62,971 nucleotides of DNA, from contig JACREN010000007.1 in the NCBI GenBank assembly GCA_016218255.1, forward strand, positions 1-62,971. The letters are read 5' to 3'. Below, piece by piece: positions 19,494 to 29,537 of this stretch (position 1 is its first letter; each line of letters opens with the position of its first letter). The notes under the pieces are model-generated. The model ran no database searches and was not told the origin of the DNA. It worked only from the letters and a program-made list of their open reading frames with translations. The translations under genes and the position numbers were made by a program. The stretch is from Candidatus Gottesmanbacteria bacterium (GTDB taxonomy: Bacteria > Patescibacteriota > Microgenomatia > UBA10105 > UBA927).

Positions 19494-21844
19494 CCCGCCA
19501 GGGCAATACGCAAAACTTCGTCCATATGTTCAGCAAAGTGAAATGCTAGATCACGGGTGACACTTTTTGGAATATCTTCTAAATCTTTCTTATTATTTTT
19601 TGGCAGAATCAAGGTCTTGATACCAGCCCGATGTGCAGCAATTACTTTTTCCTTTACACCACCGATTTCTAGTACGCGACCCCGCAAGGTTATCTCTCCA
19701 GTCATCGCCACAATCCGTTTAATCGGAATCTTTGTGAGAGCTGATACAAGAGCGGTGGCAATAGCTGCCCCTGCGGACGGACCGTCTTTCGGAACCGCAC
19801 CTTCCGGAACATGAATATGGATATCCAACTTTTGATAAAACTTCTCCGGAAGCCCTAAAAGCTTCCACCGGCTCCGAACATAAGAAAGTGCTGCCTGCCC
19901 TGACTCTTTCATGACATCTCCCAACTGACCTGTAAGAGTCAATGTTCCCCTTCCTGGCATGAGCGTAACTTCTATAAATAAGATGTCGCCGCCTGCCTCT
20001 GTCCACGCAAGACCGGTCGACATCCCGATTTCGTCCTTCTTCTCCGCAAGCGACGACGTAAATTTATATGGCCCCAAATAACTATGTAGCTCTTTGGGGC
20101 TTATGGAAATTATTTTTTTCCTGTCGCTGATATCGGCAATTTTTCTCGCAATTTTTCGATAAATAGATGCAATTTGTCTTTCCAGATTCCTCACCCCTGC
20201 TTCTCTGGTGTACCGCCGCAAAATTTCATAAAGCGTACTGTTCGATACCCGAACGAAATCCTTTGGGATTCCATGTATTTCCCGTTGTTTTTCAAGTAAA
20301 AAGTCTTTTGCGATATGGAACTTTTCCTCTTCTGTATAACCTGGAAAGTGTATCACTTCCAAACGATCACGCAGGGCGTGGGGTATAGTATCCAACACAT
20401 TACATGTGGTAATAAAAAATACGTCAGATAAATCAAACGGTGCGTCAAGATAGTGATCAGAAAATGCGGAATTCTGCTCCGGATCCAGTGCTTCAAGTAA
20501 CGCAGAAGACGGATCGCCTCGGAAATCTGCACCGACTTTGTCTATTTCATCCAACATAAATACCGGATTCTTGGTTCCTGCCTGCTTAATTCCCTGTATA
20601 ATACGTCCTGGAAGCGCGCCCACATAAGTACGGCGATGTCCTCGAATCTCCGCTTCATCACGGATACCTCCCAGCGACATCTTTACAAACTTCCGTCCAA
20701 GAGAACGGGCAATCGATTTTCCAATAGATGTTTTACCGACACCCGGTGGGCCCACGAAACATAAAATAGTGGGTGCTGCCTTTCCCGGCTTTTTACCATC
20801 CTGCGTCTGGGAACGCAGTTTCATAACCGCCAGATACTCCAATATGCGTTCCTTTATCTTTGCGAGTCCATAATGATCTTTATCCAGTACTGTTTCTGCA
20901 TCTTTAACGTTCACATTATTCGGACTTGCCACAGACCAGGGCAACTCAACTAACCAATCCAGATACGTACGCACGTATGATGCTTCGGGATTATATTGGG
21001 ACATCTGGGCAAGACGGGAAAGTTCCTTTTCCGCCTTTATGCGAACCTCGTCAGGCATACCGGCTTTTTTTATTCTATCCGCCAGCTCCTTAACCTCTTT
21101 ATTTTCATCATCTTCCCCAAGCTCTTTTTCAATAGTCTTCATGCGCTCTCGCAATACCTGCTCACGCATATTTTTATCAAATTTTTCCTGCGTCTTTGTT
21201 GCTATCTTTTTTTCCAGCTCCAATATTTTTATCTCTTTGGCAATAAAATTAATTTCTTTCTCAAGCCGCGCTTTAACACTGCGTTCTTCGAGCAATTCCT
21301 GACGCTCGGTCGGCTTAATATCTAATACACTCGCAACTTGATATGAAAGTACGAGCGGCGTAACACCAGACATTATGTTCATAAACGTCAAAAAATCCAT
21401 CGTTTTCCCAAGCTTGACCGCTCTGCGAAGTTCGTTGGTTAAATGGTTAAAAAGCGCTTGAGTCTCGGTATCATTTTCCACGATATCTCCTGTCTCAAGT
21501 ACCCGAGCTACATAAAATGGTTCAACAGACTCGTATGATGCAATCTCTACCTTCGAAATCCCTCGGACGAGCGCGTTAATCTCTCCTTCATTTTTCATCA
21601 TTTGAATGATCTCTCCCACTGTGCCAATCTGAAAGAGATCCGAAGGGGTTGGATCATTTATATTAGAATTCCGCTGCATCACTAATACAACTTTTTTACC
21701 CGATGACTGAGCGGCTTCTATAGCAGAAACTGACCGTTGCCTTCCGAAGGTCAAAATCATTTCCGTACCAGGAAACACAATACCGTCTCTGATGGGGACT
21801 ACGGGGAATAAAGATTCCATTGGGCTGGTAGTAAGAGTATCCAT
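19475..21844 (-). CDS. lon: ATP-dependent protease La
   Basis: GPPGVGKT, LDEIDK, PKDGPSAG catalytic Ser and GGVKEK motifs. Confidence 0.99.
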   Translation of the reverse strand: MDTLTTSPMESLFPVVPIRDGIVFPGTEMILTFGRQRSVSAIEAAQSSGKKVVLVMQRNSNINDPTPSDLFQIGTVGEIIQMMKNEGEINALVRGISKVEIASYESVEPFYVARVLETGDIVENDTETQALFNHLTNELRRAVKLGKTMDFLTFMNIMSGVTPLVLSYQVASVLDIKPTERQELLEERSVKARLEKEINFIAKEIKILELEKKIATKTQEKFDKNMREQVLRERMKTIEKELGEDDENKEVKELADRIKKAGMPDEVRIKAEKELSRLAQMSQYNPEASYVRTYLDWLVELPWSVASPNNVNVKDAETVLDKDHYGLAKIKERILEYLAVMKLRSQTQDGKKPGKAAPTILCFVGPPGVGKTSIGKSIARSLGRKFVKMSLGGIRDEAEIRGHRRTYVGALPGRIIQGIKQAGTKNPVFMLDEIDKVGADFRGDPSSALLEALDPEQNSAFSDHYLDAPFDLSDVFFITTCNVLDTIPHALRDRLEVIHFPGYTEEEKFHIAKDFLLEKQREIHGIPKDFVRVSNSTLYEILRRYTREAGVRNLERQIASIYRKIARKIADISDRKKIISISPKELHSYLGPYKFTSSLAEKKDEIGMSTGLAWTEAGGDILFIEVTLMPGRGTLTLTGQLGDVMKESGQAALSYVRSRWKLLGLPEKFYQKLDIHIHVPEGAVPKDGPSAGAAIATALVSALTKIPIKRIVAMTGEITLRGRVLEIGGVKEKVIAAHRAGIKTLILPKNNKKDLEDIPKSVTRDLAFHFAEHMDEVLRIALAGHFKKS

Positions 21845-21851
21845 ATGCTAT

Positions 21852-21890
21852 TTGGCACTCAAGTATAACAAGTGCTAAAACCGGAGTCAA
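21852..21890 (-). promoter_or_regulatory. CIRCE-like operator overlapping the lon sigma70 promoter
   Basis: TTGGCACTC-N9-AAGTGCTAA at 21852-21878 (7 of 9 bp self-complementary, two differences from the TTAGCACTC-N9-GAGTGCTAA consensus); promoter TTGACT-17-TATACT with extended TG on the minus strand. Confidence 0.8.
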
Positions 21891-21898
21891 CTAGTAAA

Positions 21899-22759
21899 TT
21901 ATATGAATTCCTTTAGAAGCTCATCTATGCACATTTCGTCCGACTGACTATGAACCAATACCCCTCCGGCAAGAGCTGGTTCGCGGTCCTCGCTGGTTGA
22001 GCGTTCTTCTTTATAAAAAATTCCTGTAGGAATCCGATCTCCCCATTCCATCGCTCTCTCTATGGCTCGGAGTTTATGGTCTGGAGCATAGTTTTCCGCC
22101 TCGAGTTTATACAACCGCTGTCGATACCAGCCGTATGTGTGAACCTTATCAAAGGTTGCACAAGGCTGCAATACATCAAGCACCGCAAAGCCTTTATGAG
22201 AAATAGCCTGGATTATCAGCTGAGTTAACCCAGGAATATCGCCCGCAAATCCTCGAGCCACAAATGTAGCACCGCTTGTTATAGCAAGAGCCAACGGATT
22301 AACCGGTTCATCCTCGACCCCTTCCGGTGTTGACTTCGTCTTAAAGCCCTGCTTGGCGGTTGGCGACGCTTGGCCAGTAGTCAAACCATACACCTGGTTA
22401 TCGTGAATAATAACGGTCAAATCAGGATTCCTCTTTGCGGCGTGCATAAAATGATTTCCGCCTTCACCTAGACAATCCCCATCACCAGACACCACAATCA
22501 CAGGAAGCTTATGATTGGCCAATTTTGCCCCTTGTGCGATCGGCAACGTCCTGCCATGAAGACCAGCACATCCATAGATATTCATCCAGTCATACATATT
22601 GCCATGACACCCAATGCCATATACTAGAAGTCCGTCATCCGGTCCGATGGTTAGTTTGGCTAGAGCATCTTTGAGTGACATCCAGATACCAAAATCCCCA
22701 CACCCCGGACACCAGGTGGGTAAAAAACCGGTCTTAAATGAATCAGCGGTTATTGTCAT
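21899..22759 (-). CDS. 2-oxoacid:ferredoxin oxidoreductase beta subunit
   Basis: WCPGCG, GIGCHG and TPP motif GDGD...GGNH...HDN; start MTITA via ATGA overlap with the alpha subunit. Confidence 0.93.
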   Translation of the reverse strand: MTITADSFKTGFLPTWCPGCGDFGIWMSLKDALAKLTIGPDDGLLVYGIGCHGNMYDWMNIYGCAGLHGRTLPIAQGAKLANHKLPVIVVSGDGDCLGEGGNHFMHAAKRNPDLTVIIHDNQVYGLTTGQASPTAKQGFKTKSTPEGVEDEPVNPLALAITSGATFVARGFAGDIPGLTQLIIQAISHKGFAVLDVLQPCATFDKVHTYGWYRQRLYKLEAENYAPDHKLRAIERAMEWGDRIPTGIFYKEERSTSEDREPALAGGVLVHSQSDEMCIDELLKEFI

Positions 22760-24489
22760 ATCGTTTTTTCTACTAACTCCTCCGGATACCATGGCCGACC
22801 ATCATACTTTAACAGTTTTTCAGTAATTTCTATCCCTGTATGTTCTCGGATAAGTGATGCGAGTTGCCCGGTAACATTCTGTTCGACTATTATCATGCGG
22901 CTTTTCATGGTCAATATCCTCTTTGTTTCCTCAACTGGAAAAGGATATATCCAAGAAAAATGAACGACACGGACGCTTTTCTTCTTCTGTTTTAGCAATT
23001 TCATAGCCTCCAATACAGGCCCTTTACATGATCCCCACGATACAAAGGTGATTTCTCCATCTACATCTCCATACACCGAAGGCGGCTGTATGTCTGCCTT
23101 CATCGCGATCATCTTCTTCAAGCGTTTTTCGACAATAGCGACTCGGTTAGCTGCTTTTTCCGTTACGTGTCCTGTTTCATCATGTTCGTAGGAATTTGCA
23201 TAATAATGACCATTCTTCATACCCGGCGTACTCCGAAGCGATACCCCATCCTGTGTATCCAGCGAATACCGCCGATATGAGCCATCAGCAGGTAAATCGT
23301 CTCCCCGAGCAAGTTTTCCACGATCTATGACAACCGGCTTTTTAAAAAGAGACACAGGCGCACACCATTGGCTTTCATTGATATATTTATCAGTCAATAC
23401 GAATACCGGAACCTGATATCGGTCTGCAAGGTTAAATGCGTCAATTGTCTGTTCATATGCTTCTGCTGCGTCTGAAGGCGCCAATACAATCCGAGGAAAT
23501 TCTCCGTGTCCTGCGTGGATGGCAAACTGCAACTCCGCCTGCTCGGTCCAGGTAGGCATTCCCGTTGCAGGACCGACTCGCATACCCAAATCAATCACCA
23601 ATGGTACCTCTATCATACCAGCAAATGAAAGCCCTTCAACCATCAAAGCAAATCCTCCACCGCTTGTAGCAACCATACTTCGCACTCCTGCAAGAGAAGC
23701 ACCGATCGCCATCATGATTCCGGCAATTTCATCTTCCGGCTGCTTATAGACAATCCCCAATTTCCCTGCGTGGTCAGCTAAAAAGCTTATAAGTGCATTG
23801 ATTGGTGTCATTGGGTATATGGCGGCAAATTTCAGTCCAGCCCGAACCGCACCCAGACCAACTGCCTCACTTGCATTCAGAAGCAGTTGATCTTCCCGCT
23901 TCACGACTGGTGACAAAAAGCACGATTGATTTCCCGAAAAGTTTTTGCCGACATACTCATAACCAGCCCGTGCAATCGCAACATTATGGTCAATAACCGC
24001 GTTGCCTTTATTTGCAAATTGATCCTCAATTACTTTTGCTAGCCCTTCAAAAGGCCCGCCAAATACCGCCATACTAGCTCCCAACGCAACGGTATTACGC
24101 ATCACCGGCTCCCCCTTTAACTCCTGAACCATCTTAGAAAAAGGAACTGGTAAAAGAACAGTTGATGGAGAAAAATCTGAAATATTCCATTCATAATCTT
24201 TGGGATCGTATATAATAACAGACCCTTCTTGAAGTTCACTTTTGTGGAAATCGACCGATTCGCGATTCAGCGCAACAAGCACATGGACATCGCGGTTAAG
24301 TGCTTCAATTTTTTCCGTCGCGATCCGAACTGTCACCAGATTATGCCCACCACGGATAAGGGATGGGTATTCATTTGTCACCAGCGCGTGATACCCGGCA
24401 CGGGTATACGTCCTGGCAAACATCGTGCCCGCGGAAATAATACCGAATCCGGCCTCGCCTCCGATTTTCCATGTCACGCTATTTTTCAT
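22756..24489 (-). CDS. 2-oxoacid:ferredoxin oxidoreductase alpha subunit (gamma-alpha fusion)
   Basis: GGEAGFG, EYPSLIRGG, YPMTP, QPEDEIA, TSGGGF and TWTEQ motifs. Confidence 0.93.
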   Translation of the reverse strand: MKNSVTWKIGGEAGFGIISAGTMFARTYTRAGYHALVTNEYPSLIRGGHNLVTVRIATEKIEALNRDVHVLVALNRESVDFHKSELQEGSVIIYDPKDYEWNISDFSPSTVLLPVPFSKMVQELKGEPVMRNTVALGASMAVFGGPFEGLAKVIEDQFANKGNAVIDHNVAIARAGYEYVGKNFSGNQSCFLSPVVKREDQLLLNASEAVGLGAVRAGLKFAAIYPMTPINALISFLADHAGKLGIVYKQPEDEIAGIMMAIGASLAGVRSMVATSGGGFALMVEGLSFAGMIEVPLVIDLGMRVGPATGMPTWTEQAELQFAIHAGHGEFPRIVLAPSDAAEAYEQTIDAFNLADRYQVPVFVLTDKYINESQWCAPVSLFKKPVVIDRGKLARGDDLPADGSYRRYSLDTQDGVSLRSTPGMKNGHYYANSYEHDETGHVTEKAANRVAIVEKRLKKMIAMKADIQPPSVYGDVDGEITFVSWGSCKGPVLEAMKLLKQKKKSVRVVHFSWIYPFPVEETKRILTMKSRMIIVEQNVTGQLASLIREHTGIEITEKLLKYDGRPWYPEELVEKTI

Positions 24490-24740
24490 GGGAACACTTG
24501 TTTACCTGTCTCATCAGTGAGGAAAATAGCCATAACGGGACACCCTTTCGCGGCTTCAAGAAGTATCTCATCCGTTTCCTCTTCTACAGAGTCTAAGATA
24601 ATCGCTTTCGCCTCATCATCCAAAGCCCATGCCTTGGGAGCTATAGCCACACAGGTAGCCGCACCGATGCAAAGACTTCTATCTATCCGCATCGTTAAGG
24701 ATCTTATTTTCCTCTTTACTTTGGGATCATTGTCATCCAT
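24486..24740 (-). CDS. Monocluster ferredoxin, probably 3Fe-4S
   Basis: CIGAATC...CP pattern, with the second Cys of CxxCxxC replaced by Ala. Confidence 0.85.
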   Translation of the reverse strand: MDDNDPKVKRKIRSLTMRIDRSLCIGAATCVAIAPKAWALDDEAKAIILDSVEEETDEILLEAAKGCPVMAIFLTDETGKQVFP

Positions 24741-24742
24741 GA

Positions 24743-25120
24743 TTATGATTGTAAGGATAGCACGGCCTTTTGCAGAACTTCAAGCGGCAAAAGCGCACAT
24801 TTAGTACGTGATGGCGTCAACTCCGTACCAAGCATGTCGATAATGTCATTCGCAGTCAATGCGATAATGTCTTTTACCCCCATACCTATAATTTTCTCCA
24901 TAAGCATAGACGCCGATGCCACACTGATGGCGCACCCATCCCCAGAGAAACGAGCGTCTTTAATTCGTTTACGAGTTGACGCATAGACACATAGCTCTAT
25001 ACTGATTCTATCTCCGCACGTCGCGTTATACTCAGATGCCTTGACATCAGGCGTTTCCAATACGCCAAAATTTCTGGGATGTTTATAGTGATCTAAAATA
25101 ATTTCTCTATACAGATCCAT
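24743..25120 (-). CDS. sufU: SufU/IscU-type sulfur-transfer protein
   Basis: YREIILDHY, CGD, GCAIS and RTKCA motifs. Confidence 0.93.
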   Translation of the reverse strand: MDLYREIILDHYKHPRNFGVLETPDVKASEYNATCGDRISIELCVYASTRKRIKDARFSGDGCAISVASASMLMEKIIGMGVKDIIALTANDIIDMLGTELTPSRTKCALLPLEVLQKAVLSLQS

Positions 25121-25121
25121 A

Positions 25122-26342
25122 TCAACCTAAAAGCTTTTTCACTCGATGAAGTCCTAAAACCAAGGCATCGATATCCGTTTTTTGTGTGTAAATATAAAAG
25201 GATGCGCGGGCAGTAGCTCCTATTGAAAGATATTCATGAAGCGGTTGGGCACAGTGAAATCCAACCCGAATACAAATATTGTCTTCGTCTAAAATCTGGG
25301 CAATATCATGCGGATGCAAACCTCCCATGGTAAATGCGATCACACCTCCTCTACATATGGCTTCTCTAGGTCCGACAATGCTCAAACCTCGAATTTCTGA
25401 AAGTTTTCCCAACGCATAGGAGGTAATCTCTATCTCATGTTCCCGCACGGCATCCATCCCCAGTCCCGAGAGGTAATCAACAGCCGCACCCAATCCAATA
25501 GCACCTGCTATATGCGGCGTTCCCGCCTCGAACTTATGAGGCAAATCAGCAAATACAGTGCTATCTCTATGCACTTCTTTTATCATGTCTCCCCCGAAAT
25601 TAAATACGGGCATATCTTCCAATAGCTCGCGTCTCCCCCATAACACGCCAAACCCAGTGGGCCCCAACATCTTATGACTGGAAAACGCGATAAAATCAGC
25701 TCCCCACGCCTGCACATCTATCGCCATATGAGGAGCCGCCTGCGCCGCGTCCACCAAAACCAAACAAGCAGGATTAAGTTTTTTTACAATACCAATGATT
25801 TTTTGTATAGGATTAACCGTTCCCAAAACATTTGACACCGCAGTCAATGCAAGTAGTTTCGTTTTTCTGGTAATGAGTGAATCTAAATCTTTCAAATTCA
25901 ATTCACCATTTGCGTCTGTAGTCCAAATTTTTAGCGTCACTCCTTTGGATTTTGTCAATTGCTGCCAAGGCACAAAATTGGAATGGTGCTCCATGATCGT
26001 GGTCACGATCGTATCATCTGCTTTCACATGAGGTAAGGCCCACGAATAATACAAAAGACTGATTGACTCATCAGTTCCACGGGTAAAAATAATTTCATCT
26101 TTCTTTTTTGCTCCAATGAACCGTGCAATCCGCTCTCGTGCACTCTCATAGCATGAGGTCGCACGTTCGGATATTTTGTAAATACCCCGAAACACATTCG
26201 CACTATATGAGGCATAGTACCCATCCATAGCATCCAATACCATCTGTGGCTTAAGCGATGTCGCTGTAGAATCCAAATAAATAAGTGGCTTTCCGTCTAT
26301 ATGACGATTAAGTATTGGAAAATCTTTTCGGACTAGTCTCAT
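25122..26342 (-). CDS. sufS: Cysteine desulfurase SufS
   Basis: YLDSTAT, EHHSN, DAAQ, SSHKM and RVGFHCAQP motifs; start taken as MRLVR. Confidence 0.95.
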   Translation of the reverse strand: MRLVRKDFPILNRHIDGKPLIYLDSTATSLKPQMVLDAMDGYYASYSANVFRGIYKISERATSCYESARERIARFIGAKKKDEIIFTRGTDESISLLYYSWALPHVKADDTIVTTIMEHHSNFVPWQQLTKSKGVTLKIWTTDANGELNLKDLDSLITRKTKLLALTAVSNVLGTVNPIQKIIGIVKKLNPACLVLVDAAQAAPHMAIDVQAWGADFIAFSSHKMLGPTGFGVLWGRRELLEDMPVFNFGGDMIKEVHRDSTVFADLPHKFEAGTPHIAGAIGLGAAVDYLSGLGMDAVREHEIEITSYALGKLSEIRGLSIVGPREAICRGGVIAFTMGGLHPHDIAQILDEDNICIRVGFHCAQPLHEYLSIGATARASFYIYTQKTDIDALVLGLHRVKKLLG

Positions 26343-26343
26343 A

Positions 26344-26655
26344 TTATATATGCACAATAATAGCCTCGTTATCTATGCTCACGCTATATGCTCTCAATCC
26401 TGATGTGGCGGGCAGCGTCATAACTGCTCCACTTGAAATATCAAATTGTGCGCCGTGGCAGCCGCAGGTAAGGGTAGTCCCATCTAAAAAACCTTTCGTT
26501 CCCAAAGAACAATGTTTGTGTGTGCATATGTCATCCACTGCGAAATACTGACCGTCCACGTTAGCAATCGCTATCTGGAGCCCATCAACTTCCACGGTTT
26601 TCATGCTTCCCGCAGGAAGATCTGATACAGCAAGAACTTTTATTGATTGCCCCAT
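26344..26655 (-). CDS. Rieske 2Fe-2S ferredoxin
   Basis: CTH...CGCH Rieske ligands. Confidence 0.92.
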   Translation of the reverse strand: MGQSIKVLAVSDLPAGSMKTVEVDGLQIAIANVDGQYFAVDDICTHKHCSLGTKGFLDGTTLTCGCHGAQFDISSGAVMTLPATSGLRAYSVSIDNEAIIVHI

Positions 26656-26693
26656 ATGAGTGTTCTCCTATGTACGGAGAATAACAAAAGAAG

Positions 26694-27329
26694 CTAAACT
26701 TGTCCAACCAGGTACATAATCTTGTCTGACACAAGGTTTTTTACCGCCAGATCAGATATTTTTTCGAGTGCATGGCTCAAAAAGCCAGCAACAATCAACT
26801 GCTGTGCGTTTTTATGCGCAATGCCCCGAGTAGACAGATACAAAAGCTGTTCTTCTGGAATCGGCCCCACGGTAGCTCCATGCGTACATCGCACGTCATT
26901 CGCAAAAATTTCAAGAGATGGCTTACTTTCTGCGTGAGCGTGTCCTGAAAGTAGCATATTTTCATTACGCTGATACGCATCCGTTTTTTGTGCACACCTC
27001 TCAACTCTAATGCCGCCGTCATACAAACAGGACGCGTGGTCCGAAAGGACTGTTTTTATAAGCAGATCGCTGGTTGTATCCGGTGCTACATGCTCCTGAA
27101 GAGTACGAATTGTAATCGTTGACGCTTTATCTCCTATGACAAGGCCTATTATTGCAGCACGAGCGAAACGCTCCTGCAACCGGATGCGCACATACACTGA
27201 CGCAGTGTGAAAGCCAGCTGCAACGAAAACAAGCACAAGATCGCCGTTGCCCACGACACTATAGTCATAGCTGGATTCTCCTTCAGGAATTTCAACCACT
27301 ATAGTTTTTGGCTGTATAATTTTTTTCAT
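26694..27329 (-). CDS. sufD: Fe-S assembly protein SufD (short form)
   Basis: KPSLEIFANDVRCTHGATVG and YLSTRGI motifs. Confidence 0.9.
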   Translation of the reverse strand: MKKIIQPKTIVVEIPEGESSYDYSVVGNGDLVLVFVAAGFHTASVYVRIRLQERFARAAIIGLVIGDKASTITIRTLQEHVAPDTTSDLLIKTVLSDHASCLYDGGIRVERCAQKTDAYQRNENMLLSGHAHAESKPSLEIFANDVRCTHGATVGPIPEEQLLYLSTRGIAHKNAQQLIVAGFLSHALEKISDLAVKNLVSDKIMYLVGQV

Positions 27330-27330
27330 A

Positions 27331-28740
27331 TCAACCGACAGAACCCTCCATCTGTAATTGAATCAAACGATTCATCTCCACTGCATATTCAAGAGGAAGT
27401 TCTTTTACAATCGGCTCAATGAATCCGTTTACAATCATGGATTCTGCTTTTGCTTTTCCAATGCCTCGACTTTCGAGATAAAACAACTGTTCATCGCCTA
27501 TTTTTGATACAGTCGCTTCATGACCCAATTGCGCATCCTGCTCATCCACTTGCATTGTTGGATATGTATCAGATCTAGACGACTCATCAAGCAGCAACGC
27601 GTCACAAACAACTTTACTTTTTGCCTTCTTTGCCCCTTCTTGAATCTGCACAAGTCCCCGGTATGATGTTCTACCACCCCCACGACTTATAGACTTGGAA
27701 ATAATCTGAGATGTCGTTTCTGATGCGGCATGAATCGCTTTTCCTCCTGCATCCTGATGCTGATGAGGACCCGCGTACGCAATGGAAAGAATCTCTCCGC
27801 GAGCCTTTCTACCAACCAAATAAACACTAGGATATTTCATGGTGAGCTTCGACCCAAGATTTCCGTCCACCCACTCCATAATACCCTCCTCTTCAACCCG
27901 TGCTCGTTTGGTCACCAAGTTGTATACGTTCGTACTCCAATTCTGGATAGTCGTGTACCGAACGCGTGCCCCTTTTTTTACGATAATTTCAACGACTGCA
28001 CTATGCAATGAATCCGTTGAATAGATAGGTGCCGTGCACCCTTCAACGTAATGAACAAAACTTCCCTCATCGGCTATGATGAGAGTCCGTTCAAACTGCC
28101 CCATGTTCGCTGCGTTAATACGGAAATACGCCTGAAGCGGAAGATCAATCTTCACTCCCTTCGGAACGTAGACAAACGACCCTCCAGACCAAGCAGCGCT
28201 ATTGAGAGCTGCGAATTTATTGTCCAAAGGCGGAATCACAGTCGCAAAATACTGCTTCACCAATTCAGGATATTCACGTAGCCCGGAATCCATGTCCAAA
28301 AAAACGACACCTTTTTTCGTAAGCATGGATTGGACACTTTTATATACCACTTCTGACTCGTATTGGGCCGAAACACCCGACAAAAATTTTTTTTCCGCTT
28401 CAGGAATACCGATTTTGTCGTATGTATCCTTAATGTCAGGAGGCAACTCATCCCATGAAGTGACCTTTCTATCTGTCGGTCTAAGGTAATAATAAATATC
28501 GTCGAAATGAATATCGTGAAGATTACCTCCCCAGGAAGGCAGGGGTTTTGACTGAAAAATGCCTAGGCTTTTTAACCGAAATTTCCTCATCCATTCAGGT
28601 TCATCTTTATACCCGCTGATTTGCGCAACGACACCGCCATCCAACCCTCTCTTAGATTTAAACACATAGTGTTCCGGCTTATGAAAACCGTATTTGTAGG
28701 AGTCATTAGGTAGTGTAGTGTTTGTATCCATGCGATTCAA
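27331..28740 (-). CDS. sufB: Fe-S assembly protein SufB
   Basis: [24 protein letters not shown] and ELPLEYAVE motifs. Confidence 0.98.
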   Translation of the reverse strand: MNRMDTNTTLPNDSYKYGFHKPEHYVFKSKRGLDGGVVAQISGYKDEPEWMRKFRLKSLGIFQSKPLPSWGGNLHDIHFDDIYYYLRPTDRKVTSWDELPPDIKDTYDKIGIPEAEKKFLSGVSAQYESEVVYKSVQSMLTKKGVVFLDMDSGLREYPELVKQYFATVIPPLDNKFAALNSAAWSGGSFVYVPKGVKIDLPLQAYFRINAANMGQFERTLIIADEGSFVHYVEGCTAPIYSTDSLHSAVVEIIVKKGARVRYTTIQNWSTNVYNLVTKRARVEEEGIMEWVDGNLGSKLTMKYPSVYLVGRKARGEILSIAYAGPHQHQDAGGKAIHAASETTSQIISKSISRGGGRTSYRGLVQIQEGAKKAKSKVVCDALLLDESSRSDTYPTMQVDEQDAQLGHEATVSKIGDEQLFYLESRGIGKAKAESMIVNGFIEPIVKELPLEYAVEMNRLIQLQMEGSVG

Positions 28741-29518
28741 TTTCTTTCGCCAACGAGGCCTTACCAGTCTTCACTATCTTTCCATTCACGAGTATATGGA
28801 CTCTGTCGGGTCGAAGATATTTCAATATTCGCTGATAATGAGTAATGATTATCACCCCAGTACCGTTTTTGACCAACCGATCGATACCAGACGCAACCAC
28901 ACGAAGCGCATCTACATCGAGGCCTGTGTCGATTTCATCAAAAATTGCATATTTTGGGGCCAAAACCAATGCCTGCAGCATCTCCATTTTCTTCTTTTCT
29001 CCTCCAGAAAATCCATCATGAATACCTCGGCTTAAAAAAGCGTCATCTATACGAAGCATCTGCGCGTATTCCTTGACAGTTTTACGAAATGCCAAAAGAT
29101 CAACTTCACCATTCGTACTCAATTTTCCAAATACCGGATTGTGGACCCCGGAAGATTTCGTAACCAACGAGCTACCTTGCTCGTGAATCTCCTGATAAGC
29201 AACACGAAGTAAATTCATGACATGCACACCTGGGATAGCGATTGGGCTCTGGAAGGCCAAAAACAGCCCCTCTTTTGCACGCTCTTCACTGGATAAAGAA
29301 ACAATATTCTTCTTTCCAATTTTGATCAGGGATTTTTGACTACTTATTCTATAAGATGGGTGACCCATCAGTGCATACGCCAAAGTTGACTTCCCGCTGC
29401 CGTTCGGCCCCATCACGGCGTGAATTTCTCCCGCGCGGACGTGCATATCCACTCCATTGAGAATGAGTTTATCTTCTACTGTCGCCCGGAGATCGGAAAT
29501 AATGAGTGCACCATCCAT
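28706..29518 (-). CDS. sufC: Fe-S assembly ATPase SufC
   Basis: [24 protein letters not shown] and ITHYQR motifs; start moved to MDGAL at 29518. Confidence 0.95.
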   Translation of the reverse strand: MDGALIISDLRATVEDKLILNGVDMHVRAGEIHAVMGPNGSGKSTLAYALMGHPSYRISSQKSLIKIGKKNIVSLSSEERAKEGLFLAFQSPIAIPGVHVMNLLRVAYQEIHEQGSSLVTKSSGVHNPVFGKLSTNGEVDLLAFRKTVKEYAQMLRIDDAFLSRGIHDGFSGGEKKKMEMLQALVLAPKYAIFDEIDTGLDVDALRVVASGIDRLVKNGTGVIIITHYQRILKYLRPDRVHILVNGKIVKTGKASLAKEIESHGYKHYTT

Positions 29519-29537
29519 CTCGCAATTGTAATATATC

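Noticed and set aside
29130-29350. Further degenerate heptamer repeats in sufC (and in secA near 9040-9060 and sufU near 24960-24990)
   Set aside because: Periodicity too weak to separate from chance by eye; needs a repeat finder.
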